Positions 58,880 to 64,000 of a stretch of 64,000 nt of DNA are shown here, piece by piece. Position numbers and translations under genes: made by a program. Under the pieces are notes generated by a model, which did not search any database, was not told the DNA's origin, and saw nothing but the letters and a program-made list of their open reading frames with translations. The stretch comes from Macrostomum lignano (lineage: Eukaryota), in NCBI GenBank assembly GCA_002269645.1, contig NIVC01000188.1:98674-162673 (forward strand), written 5' to 3'. Position 1 is the stretch's first letter. Each line of letters opens with the position of its first letter.

Positions 58880-59899
58880 CACAGAATATCCAGTTCCCGA
58901 ACCAGAATCAGTACGAAAATGAAAAGCGGCGAACCTATTTATGTTAGGTAGTCTAAAATTGTAATTTTGTCTTTCTTAGGTCCTGATTTTTTCCTCTTGG
59001 ATATGATCTTAAGATGAGAGTCATCTGGAGAAAGCTATATGTACATCAAGGACCACTGAAGTCACTTCGTTAAAATTCTTCTTCTTGTAGTCCTTGGATA
59101 TGGAATTGTGTTCGGCGAACAAATACATGAAACATTTATTGTGGGCCGGATCCATGGATTGGAATGGATATGTTATAATAACTGTAGGCAGCGCCTACTA
59201 TCGTGTGTGTGGGGGGGGGGTTGTTAGCGGCTGCGCCGCGTGACTCTGCCAGCTCAATCCTTTGCGTACAATATCAAATGTGCATGGTGCGACTTTAGCC
59301 ACCATTCTGACTCAGCTCAATAATTCAATAAATATACTGATCGCTATTATTCTCGCCTGCAAGCTTTCGGCAACTATCGACTACAACAAGCGGTCTAGCC
59401 TCGATTCACTCACTACAACAACTCGAGTCGGCAAAAAACTAATAGAAATTATTAAAATGAATTTTATTTATAATTCGTATGCCATAAATTTGGTGGATTT
59501 TTTTCGTTTTTGAAATTGAATTCAATCATCGATATTTAAACAAATCAAGTCATTTATTCGATATAAATTTGTTCAATTTTTTTTGATAAATCTTGACATG
59601 AAATTCTATAGTGGCAAATACGCTCAATTTGTTTTATAAAGTTTCTCCAGCAAACGCTCGTAGGACCAAAAAATCACCGAATATATTCATACCAAACCTT
59701 GGGAAGCATATGAATGGAGTTTCAATTTTTATTGCACATCAGAAATTCTGCTTGGATATGATTCCTAGTATTGCTGGATATTTCAACATGATGTCGAAAA
59801 TTTTCAGTTTCTTCCTAGTGTGTTTACCGTAGCGTATCTGCTTTTGAGCTTATTGAGCTCATGATAGTCACTAATAGCAGCAACTTAGATTTATTATTA

Positions 59900-60500
59900 T
59901 GGAAGCCCCCTATAGAGTCTGGTGGCGCGGCTGTACCGTCTGGAACCGCCTTGTTCTCGGACTCTCAGGGGGTCAGCCAGCCTGCCGCCTTCCAATGACA
60001 AAGCGGTCCCGGGCACGACCTCGGAGACATGCATGTGTGCGTTCAAGGTCAAGCAGCCGCTCCAACCCGCCATATGATGGTTCTCGGCGGGGACAGCGAT
60101 TTGACGTCTGAGCAGCTCGACACTTGAGCGGCGCACCTTCGACGATTGAGGCCTTGCTAAACCTAACCTTGAAGGATGTCTTCGTGGACATCGCCAAAGT
60201 CCAACAACATAAACGGGTGCATCCTTCTGTGGTGCGAATCCGAGGAGAGTGCACCCATCTCCTGCGCGATCAACTGCCCACGTTCGACTGGCACAGCGAC
60301 CTGGGTCAGCTGAACTTCGCCCTGGAGAGCGAGCGGCCGAAAACCATCCGTCATTGGATCTGGATCCCGGCCGCCAGCGCCATCAAGTCTGGGGAGCAGC
60401 TGTGGCAACTTCTGCTCAAGCGGCGCTCGGATCTCCACCCTAGTGGTCTTGTGTACATGTTGTACCACAACAGGTCCTCGCCCTGACGGAAGGATGGACC
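59900..60500 (+). pseudogene. Possible non-LTR ORF1 remnant
   Basis: GC-rich broken ORFs; RHWIWIP...EQLWQLLLKRRSDL recalls R1/Loa-type ORF1; lies upstream of the RNase H remnant. Confidence 0.35.
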
Positions 60501-61079
60501 AAGCGACTACCGTATGGCTCAACCTCCACCTTGGTCTCCACCTGATGTGTTCCTTACTACCAATACTTTCTTAGTAATCAAGGAACAATCACTTTAGCCA
60601 TTGCTAGGCAACCCAGTAATCAAATAAAGGTATCTTACCTTGAGTCCTGATTTGGAGAGCTCTTCCTTTGCGTATTTCTCGGTCTCAATCAGTTTAGACG
60701 TCTAGATTTAGTTGTCCTAGTGCAGGTTCCTCTTTACTTCCAATGAAGTCGTTTCCGGCCGGTATCTGTCGTTCGGACTAATCAGAAGCTTAACAATGCA
60801 TATTAACAGTATAAGAAAAACAATATAACAATATACCAATATAATGAAGCATATTAACAATGAAGATCCCATTGCGGATTGCGTATTGCGGATTCAATTA
60901 AGCCTTCTCCTTCTAGCAGTGTCTTAATTCACTCTTAGGTATAGCTCCGGTATTTACTGATAGTCTTCTAATGGCTATCAGGGTAGTCATTCAGGAGACT
61001 ACAACCAATGGAGTCTCAATAGACTCAATCCCAACAATAATAATGAGTCGACTCAAACACCTGGCGCAAATGAGTAAGG

Positions 61080-62240
61080 CTTACCGCAAGAACTCAGCCG
61101 AGTCTCACGAAACGCAAGCTCCCGCCGCACTCTGACCTGTGCCTTGAAGCTTTGGGGGAGAGCGGGAGCGCCGCTGTCCTATCGGACGCTGAGCCGCGCT
61201 CCCTCAATCTCTTCCAGCGCTTCAAGGTCACTATCCCTTCCAGGAAGACCGCTAACGACAGATGGCCCCCAGGGAGGTCCGCTGCTTCACTGACGGATCC
61301 TCCAAAGACGGTGCATCCAGCCATGGTGTCTGCATCCTTATCAATGGCCACGTGATTTCCACTCACGCCCAACATATCAGTAAACTCTCATAGTGTCTTC
61401 CAAAACAAAGTCCTCGCCATCAGCTCCTGAGCTGCTGAGCTCTGCTGCATGCAGGGATTTAAAGGCGGAAGAATGACAGCCAAGCTGCCCTGCAGGCCCT
61501 GTGCCACACAACACTACGAACTGCCGAACAGTCCGAGACTGTATCGGGCAGCTCAACAAGCTGGCTCGGAGGAACTCCATCCAGTTCACGTGGATCCCAG
61601 GACACACCGGCTTTTAAGGTAACGAGCTCGCTGGCTCGCTAAGACGGGCAGTTTCAGCTCGCTCCTTGGCCCCATCCCAGCCGCTTGGATATCATGCACC
61701 TACGCAGATGCACGGGACGGTATTGCCGACGGCTGCCAGTCCCGGGCGGTAGTGCCCAACCCGTCCCCTCAAGCTGTGGAGAGAATCCTTTTGAAACAGA
61801 GTCGAAAAGATATCCGCGCTCTCATTAGGACTTTTACAAGTCACGCTTGCTTTGCCAGGCACTGCTTTTCTCCGGAGCAGACTCTGCCCCTTCGCAAGCT
61901 CGAGAACAAAGACGCCAAACACTTCGTCCGTTACAGCAGCTGGCCTTCATCCGAGACCGGCTCAGCTACCTCGGGCCCAACCCGTCCCTAGACGACGCTT
62001 GCCGGCCCGAGAACATTCCACTTCTCATCCGGTTCCTCCGGGCTACCAAACGAGCCTCCGTCTTCCCTACCGAAGACAACGCTACAGACAGGACCAACAG
62101 ACCTTCCTGACCGGCCCCGCGCCCTGGCCAATGCGGGCATCTCAGGGATTAGCGGAATGGACGAAGCTCGCCTCCCTGCTGCGTCTTCAGACCGCCTTTC
62201 AGCTACATATAAGTCAAGTAAGTCAAGTACAGTCAAGTCG
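61080..62240 (+). pseudogene. Decayed non-LTR retrotransposon 3' part (RNase H, degenerate CCHC, tandem-repeat tail)
   Basis: HSVFQNKVLAIS, DSQAALQAL, VRDCIGQLNKLARRNSIQFTWIPGHTGF*GNELA, QLAFIRDRLSYLG...NIPLLIRFL; (aagtc)-type tail at 62208-62240. Confidence 0.8.
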
Positions 62241-62479
62241 ATATATTGGATTTTTGTTAGATGCTTGCAAGAAGATGGTGCGAGAGAGAGGGTATACAGT
62301 ATATTTGTCAGACATGAAGTTCTTATATAGCACGACACAGTATTTTGCCACAGACACATCGAGCTGCTGGTTTGGTGGAGTCATTCCACCAGCCAGGCGA
62401 TGCATCCATGAGTTCTCGATCCCGGCTGTGGTCTGACCGCCACAGGATAACAATTTCAGTAAAACAACGCTACTAAACA

Positions 62480-62742
62480 CAGCTAGGGGCGTCGCCACCG
62501 GGGAGAGACCCCCCGGGCCCCCGTAAAAGCCATGGATGGACATGCCTATGCTGTATGTCACCTCCGCAGGTTGCATCACCCTGTGAACCAGAATGGAAAT
62601 CTGTAATTTTGCTTCAGGGCCCCAAAATATAGGGCCTGTGGCGCTAAAATAAGTGCAAACAATACTGATTCAAAACTTAGAAATTTTTCATGTTAGAATT
62701 CCTGGTTTTGTCCCCACAATAAAATTTATGGCGACGTCCCTG
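62480..62742. mobile_element. Non-autonomous hAT-like MITE
   Basis: Termini cag(ctag)gggcgtcgcca and tggcgacgtccctg; flanks actaaaca / tctaaaca (7/8 match). Confidence 0.6.
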
Positions 62743-62824
62743 TCTAAACAACCTACAATAAATATTCACACAGTTATAAAATTGTTGCGTCCTTCGATTA
62801 AATTGTACTCGTTATGATTGAGTT

Positions 62825-63884
62825 TCAATAAACAAGCATCTCAGCCTCTTTCAACGAGTAGTAGGCTTCGAACGGCATCATCCAGTTGATGCCCATAGCA
62901 TAGGCTGTGCTCAGTGCTTCGGGATAATTCTGGTATTGGCCGTTGAGATGAGCACCGAAGCAGCTGTTGAACCACCAGGCGCCTTTAAACGACTTAGCGC
63001 AGTTGCTATCTGCGTTATCATTGTCCTTTTCTATTGTCGTGAATGGAAAACCGTTGGTAATCACTTCGTAAGTCCATCCCACGGCGCAGCAATTGAATCC
63101 CGATTCCGGCACTTCCTGAGAAACCGGACACGCTGAGCTTGTAGGAATCCGTTTCCGAAGCTACAGAGAAGCTTTGTAGTGAGCCCAGCTCTGCGAGTTG
63201 TTCCACACTCGCATCAATATGAGCAGTTTTCTCGGCGTTGGATTGGTCAGCGAGAAGAGCCGGTCTAAGCCTGATCGTTAGAAGGAGTTTACTTCTCGGT
63301 AGCTTCACTTCAAATCATGTCAAACCTCATAGATCATTGCAAAATACGTTTCTGTCGATTACACCAGAGGATGCTGCTTACTGTAAAACTGTTAATCTGT
63401 CTGCAACAAATAAGCGACTTACCTATCCAGAAGTTACCATCGGGTCCCTCGCCGAAGCCGGTTCTGTACTCGACCAGACTCGTTGGAAATTTACCGAGCC
63501 CGACACCCTGTGCTGCACCGTGGTCCAACAGCTGGTAAACATTGACCTCAGCCACACCACAGGATTGCTGATATTCGAGGCGCTTCTGCATTTCCTACAT
63601 CCGGGTGCGTCCAACGGCAGATCTCGCAGGCGGCAGTCGTAAGCTTCGCAGGCTCCTGTCGACTTATCGAATTTCGCCAGTCGGGCGGTTGTTGAGAATT
63701 TCGAGTCAACCCAGGCCAGGCATATCGACAGGTGTCCGACCTGACGCCTGCTGCCCAGCATTGAGTAGTCCTGGAGGTTGTCGCGGTCCTTGAGCCACAT
63801 TAGCTGACGGCTTGTGGTAGCATCAGCAGTCATTGCTATGGCAACTAGGCTAACGATTATCGACAAAACTCGATTGAAATTCAT
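62825..63884 (-). pseudogene. Secreted fibrinogen C-terminal domain (FReD) gene, 2 exons (63423-63884, 62825-63270), with several frameshifts
   Basis: Signal peptide MNFNRVLSIIVSLVAIAMTADA; WTTVQHRVSGSVNFQR / EYRTGFGEGPDGNFWIG|GLDRLFSLT / SFSVASETDSYKL / NGFPFTTIEKDND...CAKSFKGAWWFNSCFGAHLNG lie in different frames. Confidence 0.85.
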
Positions 63885-64000
63885 TTTTGTCGTGTTTGTG
63901 AAAGAATTTTACCCGAGCATAAAATGATGCATGTCTTTTATACTGTATCTTAATTTTTATTCAGCCAATGGATGACTTATTGCACGCAGCGCAATCCTTA

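Overview
Eukaryotic (metazoan) genomic DNA with GT-AG spliceosomal introns, many of them filled with tandem repeats. The style suggests a flatworm such as Macrostomum, but that is inference only. Four minus-strand genes were reconstructed by hand from splice sites and reading phase. (1) A 21-exon, ~1,170-aa protein with membrane hairpin, SMP domain and five C2 domains, extended-synaptotagmin/tricalbin-like (2740-22702), with an RFX X-box ~90 bp upstream. (2) A 2-exon SCP2-type (SCPx/DAF-22-like) peroxisomal thiolase lacking the SCP2 domain and ending in AKL (25719-27741). (3) A 5-exon, ~411-aa uncharacterised protein with an NlpC/P60-like Cys-His catalytic core (29043-50293); this is the best candidate for novelty. 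(4) A frameshifted secreted fibrinogen-domain gene (62825-63884). Mobile DNA: a complete hAT transposon (51784-57201, 8-bp TSD, intact 1,079-aa transposase carrying a 12x16-aa coding minisatellite) inserted into a 23-bp satellite, two copies of a tRNA-derived SINE, two decayed RNase H-bearing non-LTR retroelement fragments and small MITE-like elements. About 30 distinct mini/microsatellite arrays account for most long ORFs in the ORF track, which are artefacts.
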